NCBI GenBank assembly: GCA_016839785.1
Contig: JAEOTQ010000140.1
Coordinates: 1 to 35,705, forward strand
Source of the DNA: Candidatus Hodarchaeota archaeon
GTDB taxonomy: Archaea; Asgardarchaeota; Heimdallarchaeia; Hodarchaeales; Hodarchaeaceae
DNA: 35,705 bases
Direction of reading: 5' to 3'
Below, piece after piece: positions 18,848 through 28,432 of this stretch (the first letter of the stretch is position 1; each line of letters starts with the position of its first letter). A program made the translations under genes and the position numbers. Under the pieces are notes generated by a model. That model made no database searches. It was not told the origin of the DNA and saw only the letters and a list, made by a program, of their open reading frames with translations.

Positions 18848-20689
18848 ATGGCCAATGGGTTTCATAATCGTATGATACGGATAAATCTCTCCACAAACCG
18901 AATAAAAGAAGAAATTTTACCAGTAAATGCAGTGGAAAATTTCATGGGAGGGAAAGGGCTGGGTGCATTCATTTTAACAAACGAACTTAAGTCAGGAATT
19001 GATCCTCTAGGGCCTGAAAATAAGATAATAGTATCCACTGGACCACTCCAAGGGTCAACTGTACCAATCTGTGGTCGTTATTGTATAGTCACAAAATCTC
19101 CTCTTACTGGATTATTTTTAGATTCACATGCTGGAGGTTATATAGGTCCGGAATTGAAGTTTACTGGCTACGATGCAATTGTTATTGAAGGAGTAGCTAA
19201 ATCACCTTGCTTTATCTCGATTATAGATGATGATATTCGAGTCAACGATGCAGAATCGTTCAAAGGATTGACCACCCTTGAGAAAGAAGATCGGATCAAA
19301 AAGCTATTAAATGAACCTAAAGCGAAAATAATGTCCATTGGCCCAGCAGGGGAAAATTTAGTATTGTTCGCGTGTATTACAAGTGATAGTTTTCGAAATA
19401 CAGGACGTGGTGGAGTTGGAGCAGTGTTTGGAAGTAAAAATCTGCTAGGGATTGCAATTAAAGGTACTAGAAAAGATATCCCTATATATAATCTGGCCAA
19501 ATTAAAACAAAAAGCGTTAGATCTACGTGAACGTGCATCGAATGGAAAAAAAATTGATCATTGGATCTATAAAGTAGGTACACCGGCCCTTTTCAATGTT
19601 TCCTCGGAACGTGATCAATTACCAGTTCGTAACTTTCAGTATGGAACTCTGGAAGAGAAAGCATCGACTCTTGGCGAGGAGGCGTTGTTAGAGTATAATA
19701 CAAAGAAGAAACCTTGCTATAAGTGTGTAATTCAGTGTGCTCATGTTTTTGAGGAAAATTTCAAATTTAAAGATAAGGGTAACCATATAGTAGCTGTACC
19801 TGAGTATGAAACCTTGGGTTTAATAGGATCTAGTTGTGCAGTTAATTATGAAACAGTTGTAGAAGCTAACTACCTTTTAAATAAGTATGGTCTTGATTCG
19901 ATTAGTACAGGTAGTACAATTGCCTTCTTTATGGAGTGTAGCGAAAAACAATTAGTTCCAGAAAAATTCCAGAATGAACAAGTGAAATTCGGTGATGATG
20001 AGGGTTTATTAGATTTAATCACCAAAATCGCATATAAACAAGGAGTTGGTAAAATCCTTGCTGAAGGAACCATGCGAGTTTCTAGGCTTTTTGGAAACGA
20101 AACAGAAAAGTTTGCTATTCATGTAAAAGGGTTGGAAATGGCCGCTTGGGATCCTAGGGGTCGTCTTGCATTAGGATTGAGCTATGCAACCGCTGCTGTT
20201 GGGGCTTCTCATCTTCGAGGATGGCCTGCGACAACAAAGCTTCCTAAAGATGAACTTGTTTCTTCGGAAGTAGTAAAAACATTGATTTCTGAACAAGATC
20301 TCAAACTAATCAAGGATTCTTTGATAATCTGTCATTTCACTCATTCTATTATTCCAGCTTTAAATCTCCATGATGTGCAAGAACTGTATGAAGCATCTAT
20401 GGGTGGATCTAATAGTATTCGAGACATAGCTCAAAATATTTGGAGCTTAACACGATATTTCAATATGCGTGAATTTCAAAACACACCTGCTGGAATGCAT
20501 GATACCTTACCATACCGACTTTTACATGAGCCTTTACCCACAGGAATGGCTAAAGGTTCGAAAGCTTTTATATCGGGAGACGACTTCAAACAGGGGTTGA
20601 GGTATCTCTATCAAATGCGACATTGTAAAGACGATGGGGATCTAACAGATCAGGAAATAACAAGAATAGAAAAACTTGTTGGAATTTAA
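18848..20689 (+). CDS. Tungsten-dependent aldehyde:ferredoxin oxidoreductase family protein
   Basis: KSPLTG..DSHAGG, GRGGVGAVFGSKNL, CYKCVIQC, PEYET, GLDSIS, WDPRG, fourth Cys in LIICHF. Confidence 0.93.
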   Translation: MANGFHNRMIRINLSTNRIKEEILPVNAVENFMGGKGLGAFILTNELKSGIDPLGPENKIIVSTGPLQGSTVPICGRYCIVTKSPLTGLFLDSHAGGYIGPELKFTGYDAIVIEGVAKSPCFISIIDDDIRVNDAESFKGLTTLEKEDRIKKLLNEPKAKIMSIGPAGENLVLFACITSDSFRNTGRGGVGAVFGSKNLLGIAIKGTRKDIPIYNLAKLKQKALDLRERASNGKKIDHWIYKVGTPALFNVSSERDQLPVRNFQYGTLEEKASTLGEEALLEYNTKKKPCYKCVIQCAHVFEENFKFKDKGNHIVAVPEYETLGLIGSSCAVNYETVVEANYLLNKYGLDSISTGSTIAFFMECSEKQLVPEKFQNEQVKFGDDEGLLDLITKIAYKQGVGKILAEGTMRVSRLFGNETEKFAIHVKGLEMAAWDPRGRLALGLSYATAAVGASHLRGWPATTKLPKDELVSSEVVKTLISEQDLKLIKDSLIICHFTHSIIPALNLHDVQELYEASMGGSNSIRDIAQNIWSLTRYFNMREFQNTPAGMHDTLPYRLLHEPLPTGMAKGSKAFISGDDFKQGLRYLYQMRHCKDDGDLTDQEITRIEKLVGI

Positions 20690-20691
20690 TA

Positions 20692-23073
20692 TTGAAAGTC
20701 GAGCAATCTATTCCGAGTGATTTAGAAAAATTATTTCTTGATAAAGGATTAAAATTAATATCTAATCAGGATGATCAGAAAGAAGTCCTTTTAGAAAAAG
20801 CGATTGCATATGTAATCTGTTTGACACTTCTATCAGAACAACTTTTTACTGATTTTAACTCTCATGATTTTTTTCAGAAATTGCCTTCAGAAATTCGGAC
20901 TGGAAAATTTGTCAATGTAATTCTTAAAGACTCTAAGATTTTTAATTCACATGAAGAAATTGCAAATCGAATAATCCAGCTTATTAAGCCAGAAAAACGA
21001 ATTTACAATATAAAAATCGATAGAGAATTATTTCTTGATCTCTACACTCAATTTCCTTTTACCATCAAATTTGGTTCGGACCTGTTATCTCTTGTAGTTG
21101 AGAATCTATCGGTTTCTTTCCTAATGAAGAAAAAGCGTGGAGCATATTACACACTTCCTACAGATGCAGAATTTATTTCTCTGGTCTCTAGTTTTCGATT
21201 TTTCCAACAGTTTACTGGAAAAAACCCTGATGAGAGTTTATTAAGTATTCTTCTATCAAAATCCACGAAAAAAGAAAATTTAACCATTTTTTCAGCATTT
21301 CCTTCTGAAATAAACATTCTTGATCCTGCATGTGGATCAGGAATATTCTTAGTGCAAATTACACGATTGCTCGCACACTTAGGTACAATGCATGGTAAGA
21401 AATTGGGTATATCCTTATGGGGAATGGATCTTGATCCAATGGCATTGTTTGTAAGTCAATTACGATTATTATTCCTAGAACTATCCCTGGATATGGAATA
21501 TCCAGCAAATTTGATTCAAATTAAAGCATCGTTGTCGTGTGGAGACTTTTTACTTAAAAATTATAATAGAAAATTTGATTTGATAATTGGTAACCCTCCT
21601 TATATACGTCATGAAGATATTGGGATACAACACTCTACAGAATATAAAAAAAGACTTCACAAAGATTTATCTAGCTTTTTGGAACCAGACGTCATATTAG
21701 ATCGTAAAAGTGATTATTTAATATATTTTTGTGTGAAAAGCTTAAATCTCCTGGATTCTAATGGAGTTCTAGCGTTTCTAACTTCAAACGCGTGGTTAGA
21801 GGTGAAGTACGGAACCACTTTACAAGATCATTTAATGTCGTTATTAATAAGAGGTAGCTTATCAATTTGCGAAATTATACATCAATCAGGTTCAAGATTA
21901 TGGAAACAGATCGGAATAAATTCAATTATCTTTCTAGCCTCGAAAACTGTTAAGAAAAGTATCTTAAACGGTAATATATATTTTACAGAGTCAGTGAAAG
22001 ATTTAAATGAGATACCGAAATCCAATTTGAAAAAAGGGGTTCTATTTTGTAAAGAATTCACTTCTGAGGATTATCGAACTGAAGCTATCCCAATAGAAGA
22101 ATTGAAAGCTACTCATAAATGGGCTGGTAGTTTTTTAAGGTCATCTAAAGAAGAAAGAAATGTTTTGAATAAAATCAGAGCGCAAGGATCCCCTCTCTCA
22201 AGTATAGCGAGTGTACAGTTTGGAATTAAAACAGGTGCAAATGATTTCTTTCACGTTTCGGTTGTAAAACCAAGTAAAGCTGGAGGGTTCGTGGAAATAA
22301 GCAATGGACAGAACTATAGAGGGAAGATGGAATCAGAGTTTCTTTCACCTCTAATTAAAAGTCCTATTGAATGCAATGGGTATGTAATCCCCGAAGATTT
22401 TTCCCCTCAAATAATGCTTTTTAATTGTCGAAAGATGCTTAATCAATTAATCAACACACACGCTCTTGATTATATTCAATGGGGGGAAAATAAATCAGTA
22501 TCAATAAAACAAGGAAGGAGAATGGGCACTAAGGTAAAAGGTTTTCATTTATTGAAAAGTTTAAGTCAAAGAGATCCATGGTATCGTTTGCCCACTTTTT
22601 CCATACCAAATTTACTTTGGACGAAAAGTTATCATGATAAACCAGGGTGTTTATTAAATCAAGCAAAAATTTTGCCTGATCAGCGGTTTTATGGTATATG
22701 TGTAAATGATTCTGAGGATATCCCGATAATCTTCGTTTTTTTGAATAGTAGTTTTGCTTGGGCGCAAATGGAACAAGCTGGCAATACTAACATGGGATTC
22801 GGTGTCTTAGATACGAATGTCTATTGGCTGAAGGCAGTAAGGATTCCAACAAACCTAACATTGAAACAAAAAAAGAATTTAGAATCCATTTATAATGAAT
22901 TAAGAAGTGAAAAATCTAGAACAGCGATCACCACAGAATCTCACATACGTATGAAAATCGATAAATTCATTACCGAGGTATTTGGACTAACGAAAGAGGA
23001 ATTTGTCAATATTTCCCAGTTTATTAAGAAAAGTGTGCGTAATCGTCTAAATGGGAATACGAAAGATAATTAA
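20692..23073 (+). CDS. N6-adenine DNA methyltransferase, gamma class (Eco57I/TaqI-like) with C-terminal target-recognition region
   Basis: GAYYT, ILDPACGSG (motif I), IIGNPPY (motif IV), GIKTGANDFF; no nuclease motif recognised. Confidence 0.85.
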   Translation: MKVEQSIPSDLEKLFLDKGLKLISNQDDQKEVLLEKAIAYVICLTLLSEQLFTDFNSHDFFQKLPSEIRTGKFVNVILKDSKIFNSHEEIANRIIQLIKPEKRIYNIKIDRELFLDLYTQFPFTIKFGSDLLSLVVENLSVSFLMKKKRGAYYTLPTDAEFISLVSSFRFFQQFTGKNPDESLLSILLSKSTKKENLTIFSAFPSEINILDPACGSGIFLVQITRLLAHLGTMHGKKLGISLWGMDLDPMALFVSQLRLLFLELSLDMEYPANLIQIKASLSCGDFLLKNYNRKFDLIIGNPPYIRHEDIGIQHSTEYKKRLHKDLSSFLEPDVILDRKSDYLIYFCVKSLNLLDSNGVLAFLTSNAWLEVKYGTTLQDHLMSLLIRGSLSICEIIHQSGSRLWKQIGINSIIFLASKTVKKSILNGNIYFTESVKDLNEIPKSNLKKGVLFCKEFTSEDYRTEAIPIEELKATHKWAGSFLRSSKEERNVLNKIRAQGSPLSSIASVQFGIKTGANDFFHVSVVKPSKAGGFVEISNGQNYRGKMESEFLSPLIKSPIECNGYVIPEDFSPQIMLFNCRKMLNQLINTHALDYIQWGENKSVSIKQGRRMGTKVKGFHLLKSLSQRDPWYRLPTFSIPNLLWTKSYHDKPGCLLNQAKILPDQRFYGICVNDSEDIPIIFVFLNSSFAWAQMEQAGNTNMGFGVLDTNVYWLKAVRIPTNLTLKQKKNLESIYNELRSEKSRTAITTESHIRMKIDKFITEVFGLTKEEFVNISQFIKKSVRNRLNGNTKDN

Positions 23074-23120
23074 ATACTCTTCTCAGGCAGAATCATGCCA
23101 AGTAAGGGTGAATTCTACTC

Positions 23121-23771
23121 GTGACTGTAACAACTTTATCTTTTAGAGAAGTGATTGATCAGCTGGTTCGTCAGCAGTTCTTTATTGCACCAAATATAAT
23201 TACAGATCGGACTTACTCGCTACAGTTCGAGGTAGAAGGGTCAGATTTAATTTTAAATCATTTTGCTGATTTTCTGTTCGATCATAGTAAAGACCTGTAT
23301 GGTACAGATCCTTCCCATTATTTAGCTGTATTACTCCGGACAGGAAAGAAATTATCAATCAATCCATTGGAGAAACTCAAGATACGCTTTAACGAAAAAA
23401 TCGGTAGTTTCATTGAGGAGGGTCTAGCAACCGAGACGATATTATTTATATCAACGATTTCTTCCATCTTGGAAGTACTCGATTATTCTCATTATCAAAC
23501 TTTACTAAAAGAATTGTCATCTCTATATTATCATCAATGCATCAGTTTATTGGCAACTCAAGAGTATGAAGATCAAGCAAAAAACTTGGATGATGGGATT
23601 AAGAGACTAAGCGAGGCCGCTGAACCTAAGCTCTCATTGATTCAGAATGTTATTAAATTAAAGAGTTTAGCGTCAATTTTTGATATCGCAGACCTTATCA
23701 GTTACGACAAGCGACAACTTATGGATATCCAATCGGACATTATTAGAAAAGTAATTACCGGGAGTTATTGA
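23121..23771 (+). CDS. Hypothetical helical protein
   Basis: 216-aa ORF; GTG start preceded by AGGGTGA; no motif recognised. Confidence 0.6.
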   Translation: MTVTTLSFREVIDQLVRQQFFIAPNIITDRTYSLQFEVEGSDLILNHFADFLFDHSKDLYGTDPSHYLAVLLRTGKKLSINPLEKLKIRFNEKIGSFIEEGLATETILFISTISSILEVLDYSHYQTLLKELSSLYYHQCISLLATQEYEDQAKNLDDGIKRLSEAAEPKLSLIQNVIKLKSLASIFDIADLISYDKRQLMDIQSDIIRKVITGSY

Positions 23772-23824
23772 CCTCTCCCATTCTTCAAAAAGGTTAAAAA
23801 CTTGATAATTGTATTTAAACTAAG

Positions 23825-23830
23825 TTTATA
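23825..23830 (+). promoter_or_regulatory. Putative archaeal TATA box
   Basis: TTTATA about 25 nt upstream of ATG 23855, a spacing typical of a leaderless transcript. Confidence 0.35.
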
Positions 23831-23854
23831 GACAAATATCTAAGGGTTTTAAAC

Positions 23855-24463
23855 ATGTTAGAAATTGTAGTGGATTTACTAGGGATAATAGTTCTTGTAG
23901 CTGGCCTAATTGGCGTCGCTTACGGAATCAATAAATTCATGAAGTCGAAACGTCATGAATCTGGTTTTTTAAAATTTATAGCTTTAGCTACCTCGATTGT
24001 CATTGGAATTGTAAACATAATAGCGATTTATGAAGGTTACGTTGATACGGTTGCTCCTGATGTCGTTGTGCATTGGTTAACAATCGTACTCATTTTCTTA
24101 GCGGGAATGTCGATGCTTGCTGATCCATTAAAAGAAACTCCATTGGCTGCAATGATATCTATGATTACTTTAGGAGCATTAGCAGGTCTATTGTTGCTAT
24201 TTGCTGAATTAGAAGGTGGATTAAGTAATATAGATCTTTTCGGGATAACTATCCCACTATGGTTGTTAATACTTGGGATAGTAGTTATTGTTGGAATTGT
24301 CTTCGTTGCGAGTTTCTTCACGGAATTTACTGTTGATAGAATCCTGCAACTTATTAGCTGGAGTCCAATAATAATAGTATTTAGTGCCCTCCTCCTTCTC
24401 CAAGGATTATTAATGTTAATCTTAGGAGAACCTGCGGGAATTTGGCATCTCGTAAATCCATAA
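23855..24463 (+). CDS. Hypothetical integral membrane protein (about 6 TM)
   Basis: Six long hydrophobic segments. Confidence 0.7.
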   Translation: MLEIVVDLLGIIVLVAGLIGVAYGINKFMKSKRHESGFLKFIALATSIVIGIVNIIAIYEGYVDTVAPDVVVHWLTIVLIFLAGMSMLADPLKETPLAAMISMITLGALAGLLLLFAELEGGLSNIDLFGITIPLWLLILGIVVIVGIVFVASFFTEFTVDRILQLISWSPIIIVFSALLLLQGLLMLILGEPAGIWHLVNP

Positions 24464-24478
24464 ACTTGGATTTCTCAT

Positions 24479-24493
24479 GCGGAAATATTCCGC
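24479..24493. terminator. Hairpin between convergent genes, probable terminator
   Basis: GCGGAA-ata-TTCCGC followed by TTTCCTTTTTTATTTT, between stops at 24463 (+) and 24503 (-). Confidence 0.55.
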
Positions 24494-24502
24494 TTTCCTT
24501 TT

Positions 24503-25063
24503 TTATTTTTTAAAATTCGTTTTTAACATGATACTCCGAGCTAACGTAGTAAAAGCTTCTTCAATCGCCTCACCAGTCTTTGCTGATGTTTCTACAAATC
24601 CAGCATCCAAGGATTTAGCTTTAACAAAACCTTGGATCGTTTTGAGACTATTGGGTATTTCATCGCGTAAATCAATTTTATTCCCAACAAGTACCACAGG
24701 GAGTCCGATAGAATCATTGTATGTTTCTGCCCGTTCTCTGACTTCTTCAACCCACGTATCAAGAGATTCTAAGGATTTTGGTTGTGTTACGTCATAAACG
24801 GCTAATGCTCCCATTGCACCCTTGTAATATGACTTCATAACATTCCTAAAAGCAGGTTGTCCTGCTAAATCCCAAATTTGAAACTCTACATTGATTTCAT
24901 CTATCTTAGTCTTTAAAAAGGCGAAATCAGCTCCCATTGTTGCAAGAAAATCCGCCTTGAATCCTTCTCCCATGTAACGACGCCGTATGGATGTTTTCCC
25001 AACAGCTCCATCACCGAGAAGTATGATCTTGAATAGTAGTGTTGGCATCGTGAACATTTTCAT
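24503..25063 (-). CDS. Rab-like small GTPase (Ras superfamily)
   Basis: FKIILLGDGAVGKT (G1), ATMG (G2), IWDLAGQ (G3), VGNKID (G4), ETSAK (G5). Start likely ATG 25063 or 25057 after GAGGTGA; the ORF track extends to 25102. Confidence 0.93.
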   Translation of the reverse strand: MKMFTMPTLLFKIILLGDGAVGKTSIRRRYMGEGFKADFLATMGADFAFLKTKIDEINVEFQIWDLAGQPAFRNVMKSYYKGAMGALAVYDVTQPKSLESLDTWVEEVRERAETYNDSIGLPVVLVGNKIDLRDEIPNSLKTIQGFVKAKSLDAGFVETSAKTGEAIEEAFTTLARSIMLKTNFKK

Positions 25064-25125
25064 CTCACCTCTTGATTTTTTAAGCCCTTTCGAATGAAGC
25101 ATTTCAATTCTCTAGAGATGGTGGA

Positions 25126-25713
25126 ATGAACTCTCAGATTATTATTGACACGGATCTGTTAGTATTTGTCGTTGGAACTTCAGGAAGCGGAAAAGATAGC
25201 GTTATGCGAGAAGCAGTATCTTATTTAAATTCTCAGAGCATACCTGCTTCAACATTGAAGCGAGTTATTACGAGAACACCAGATAAGAATGAAGACTCAA
25301 TATTTATGACAGTTGATGACTTTTTAAACCGCAAAAAAAATAATGAGTTTGCTCTTTCTTGGCACATTTACGATAATTGGTATGGATGTGGGTGGCCTCC
25401 CATTAAGAATGCTATAAATCAAAGGCAAATTTTATTAATCAATGTATCAAGAAGCATCATGTTTAAGGCACGAAAGGTCTTCCCTAATTGTTTGATTATA
25501 CTAGTGACGGTTCCAGTCGAAATTGCCGAATCTCGAATTAAAAGAAGAGGAAGAGAGGATGAGAAAGAACTACAAACTCGTATGTCGCGAATGAAAAGCA
25601 AAATTGAGATTCCCTCTCCAAATCTAACATTAAAAAACACAGGAAATCTGAACAAAACCGTTGAAGAACTCGGAAATTTCTTAAAAAACCATTATTTATC
25701 CAGATGGGGTTAA
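25126..25713 (+). CDS. Ribose 1,5-bisphosphate phosphokinase PhnN-like (guanylate kinase fold)
   Basis: VVGTSGSGKDSV, KRVITR, FALSW...YG, NVSR, RGRE. Confidence 0.78.
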   Translation: MNSQIIIDTDLLVFVVGTSGSGKDSVMREAVSYLNSQSIPASTLKRVITRTPDKNEDSIFMTVDDFLNRKKNNEFALSWHIYDNWYGCGWPPIKNAINQRQILLINVSRSIMFKARKVFPNCLIILVTVPVEIAESRIKRRGREDEKELQTRMSRMKSKIEIPSPNLTLKNTGNLNKTVEELGNFLKNHYLSRWG

Positions 25714-25719
25714 AAGACC

Positions 25720-26271
25720 ATGTCAGTAGTTATCCAAACAATGAAAGATTATTCTGAAACAAAAATCATTGCTGTTGTTACTACATTAGCAATAATATTT
25801 ACCGCTATCGTTTTTTTCTTAATGAGACCAATTGAACAAGAATTAACAACTCAAAGTGTCTATGGAGTGATTGATCTAGAATTTGCGTGGAATGTACTAC
25901 AAATGGAACAAATTCTAGCCTCTTGGGGTGATGATTTAATCGCCATGGAAATTAATGCAGTTCTACTCGATTTTGGATTCCTTATTGGCTATTCTCTTTC
26001 ACTCGCAGGTATAACATTACTCATTACACAATCAGGGATTCTAAGATCTTGGACAAACTTAGGGTATTACTTCACAGTGATTCCATTTATAGCAGCAGCT
26101 TTCGATGTGATTGAGAATATAAATTTACTCTTGATCTTGAGTTCCCCCTCCTCATTCCCTACATTTGCCCCATTCGTAGCTTCGGTATGTGCTAGCATTA
26201 AATTCGGTTTAATTATTGCAACAGCGTTATTTTGGTTACTGGGGGTATCGTCCTATGTTATCAGAAGATAA
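25720..26271 (+). CDS. Hypothetical membrane protein (about 4 TM)
   Basis: Hydrophobic segments with LEFAW, LDFGF, FDVIEN and KFGL motifs. Confidence 0.7.
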   Translation: MSVVIQTMKDYSETKIIAVVTTLAIIFTAIVFFLMRPIEQELTTQSVYGVIDLEFAWNVLQMEQILASWGDDLIAMEINAVLLDFGFLIGYSLSLAGITLLITQSGILRSWTNLGYYFTVIPFIAAAFDVIENINLLLILSSPSSFPTFAPFVASVCASIKFGLIIATALFWLLGVSSYVIRR

Positions 26272-26295
26272 TTTTGAAAAGACCATAATGGTATC

Positions 26296-26853
26296 TCATT
26301 GAAGGTCAATAAACTTTGATAAAATATACCAAGTAGTTTGGAACGCATCATTTTCTAGTGTTGCCTCTATTACAAATCCATTCTTTTGATAAAATTCAAT
26401 GTTATCGTGTTTTTTACTCGTACTTAGACGAATTTTATGCCAATTATTTTTACGAGCGAAATCTTCCAATTGCTGTAGAATAAAAGTACCAATCCCATAA
26501 GATTCCCGGTATTCCTCTATTACTAAAAGCTGTGAGACACGAAGTGTATGGCCCATAATTATACATCGGGCTGCACCTAGTAATTGCTGGGGAGAAGATT
26601 TATTATATACAGTTACTGTTAGTGGTTGATTGATTTCATCAGAGATATCTCGACCGAAGTGAACAAGATTTGCAGAAAACCATTCCTTCTTTAAAAAAGA
26701 TTTAATGTCATTATTTGCATCATCGAAGGAAAAGTGTATATTAAATTCCATTTTTTTCTCTATAAAGAAGGACTTGACAGGATTTAAGGAATTTTTCTCA
26801 AGAATGGAAGATAAGATTCGTAAAATTCTCTTCTCTCGAGTGCCAAATCTCAA
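26296..26853 (-). CDS. GNAT family acetyltransferase
   Basis: LLVIEEYRESYGIGT (motif A), FYQKNGF (motif B); real start probably the internal ATG (MEFNIHF). Confidence 0.82.
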   Translation of the reverse strand: MRFGTREKRILRILSSILEKNSLNPVKSFFIEKKMEFNIHFSFDDANNDIKSFLKKEWFSANLVHFGRDISDEINQPLTVTVYNKSSPQQLLGAARCIIMGHTLRVSQLLVIEEYRESYGIGTFILQQLEDFARKNNWHKIRLSTSKKHDNIEFYQKNGFVIEATLENDAFQTTWYILSKFIDLQ

Positions 26854-26933
26854 TCATACGAAAATTGGTATGCTACCCAGAGATCATTTTGTATCTTAGA
26901 TGGTTATTTCTTTTTCTTGTGACCTTTTGAAGG

Positions 26934-28193
26934 TTAATAAAATCGAGAATACTCAAACTTGGTTTGTGAAATAACCTTTCCATTTTTAATTGTAGTTCTC
27001 GCAGGTGGAGTTGTTCGTATTGCCTCATGGACATTCTTAACACCATGTAAAATCACTATATCAGCAGGGGCTCCAACACTTAAATAGTGCGTAACATCCA
27101 TTACTTTAGCCGCATTTTTCGTTATAGTATCATATAAAATATCGATTTCAGCCATAGTTGTCATTTTCGCAGCATGACCAAGTAAATTTGCCACTTCAAG
27201 CATATCTCCATTACCAAAGGGATAATAAGGATCATGCACGCAATCTTGGCCTATAGTAACATTTACTCCTGCAGCTAGTAATTCTTTAACTCTGGTTATC
27301 CCTACTCTTTGAGCTCCGGTATCCAATCTTCCCTGTAGAACCATATTCGTAGGGGGATTTGTTACGACATTAATTCTAGCTTTTTTCACAAGCTCAATTA
27401 CGCGAGCAGCATGATAATTATCATAGGAGGATAAAGCACAGATATGATCAACTGTTATCTTGTGTTGGAAATCCTCTTCAATTGCCCTTGCAGCAAGAAA
27501 TTGAAGAGTGCGTGAATTAGGATCATCTGTTTCATCAGTATGACTGTCAATTGGGACGTTGTACTTTTTAGCTAATGTAAGAAGGATATTCACATGTTTT
27601 TTGGAATTATCGTCATTCAACTCGTTATGGGGCATCCCACCCAAAATTATGTCCTTTCCTCCCAATTCGAGCGCTTTTTCTAGCAACTCTTCCGTTCCAT
27701 CATCCTTTAATATACCCTCTTGCGGGAATGCAACAATTTGAAGATCAACAACGTCCTTAAAATCTTCTTTAGTCGCTAATAACCCTTTTAATGGCATTAG
27801 TCCTCCAATTGAGTCAACATCGACATGTGTACGTATATGGGTTACACCAAATTTGATTTGATTATTTATAACCTCTGAAGCTCGTTTTTTGATATTATTC
27901 ACGGAATAATTCCGTTTTACTTCCCAAGTTTTTTGGATGGCTTCCCAGAGGGTTCCTGATTGGTTTGGTTCAATTATATCCCCTATAAGAACTTTATCAA
28001 GATGAATATGAGGAGAAATTAAGCTTTCAGTTACCAGAGACTGTTTTGCATCAATTATCGTTCCAAATTCAGTTTCATTAATCTTTTTGTCTGCTTTAGT
28101 AATATCTGTTATGATTCGTTCCTTAACAGCAATGGTGACTAAGTCTCCGTTCCTTGTGAGAGCATTTTTGATAACTAAACTCATTTCTTTCAA
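26934..28193 (-). CDS. Cytosine/creatinine deaminase-like amidohydrolase (CodA family)
   Basis: PHIHLDK, IRTHVD, AFPQEG, DSHTDE, GQDCVHDPYYPFG. Confidence 0.88.
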   Translation of the reverse strand: MKEMSLVIKNALTRNGDLVTIAVKERIITDITKADKKINETEFGTIIDAKQSLVTESLISPHIHLDKVLIGDIIEPNQSGTLWEAIQKTWEVKRNYSVNNIKKRASEVINNQIKFGVTHIRTHVDVDSIGGLMPLKGLLATKEDFKDVVDLQIVAFPQEGILKDDGTEELLEKALELGGKDIILGGMPHNELNDDNSKKHVNILLTLAKKYNVPIDSHTDETDDPNSRTLQFLAARAIEEDFQHKITVDHICALSSYDNYHAARVIELVKKARINVVTNPPTNMVLQGRLDTGAQRVGITRVKELLAAGVNVTIGQDCVHDPYYPFGNGDMLEVANLLGHAAKMTTMAEIDILYDTITKNAAKVMDVTHYLSVGAPADIVILHGVKNVHEAIRTTPPARTTIKNGKVISQTKFEYSRFY

Positions 28194-28432
28194 CCTGTCT
28201 TATCTAATCAGTGTGAGAATAACTAAAATTAGGATTATTCGATTTTTTCATATTGTTTTTCATTATCTATTATGGGGCGATGACTTGTTTCATGATTGTG
28301 TACGATCAAAAGTTAACAAAAAACACTCACATAAAGTATCTTTGTTATTTATGAACATCACAATTTGAATTATATGTTCTAGCAATTATAAATCAAAATT
28401 TGGTTGGTTAGATTGCGATATTTGCAGTTTAT

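Noticed and set aside
20692-23771. BREX/DISARM or complete restriction-modification island
   Set aside because: No PglZ, ATPase, helicase or nuclease neighbours; the flanks are metabolic genes.
26934-28193. Deaminase as the editor or mutator behind the amber codons
   Set aside because: It is a CodA-type amidohydrolase acting on free bases, not a CDA-fold (TadA/APOBEC) polynucleotide deaminase.
28293-28308. Imperfect palindrome TGATTGTGTACGATCA upstream of the deaminase gene
   Set aside because: Four mismatched positions, single occurrence and no regulator nearby; expected by chance in AT-rich DNA.
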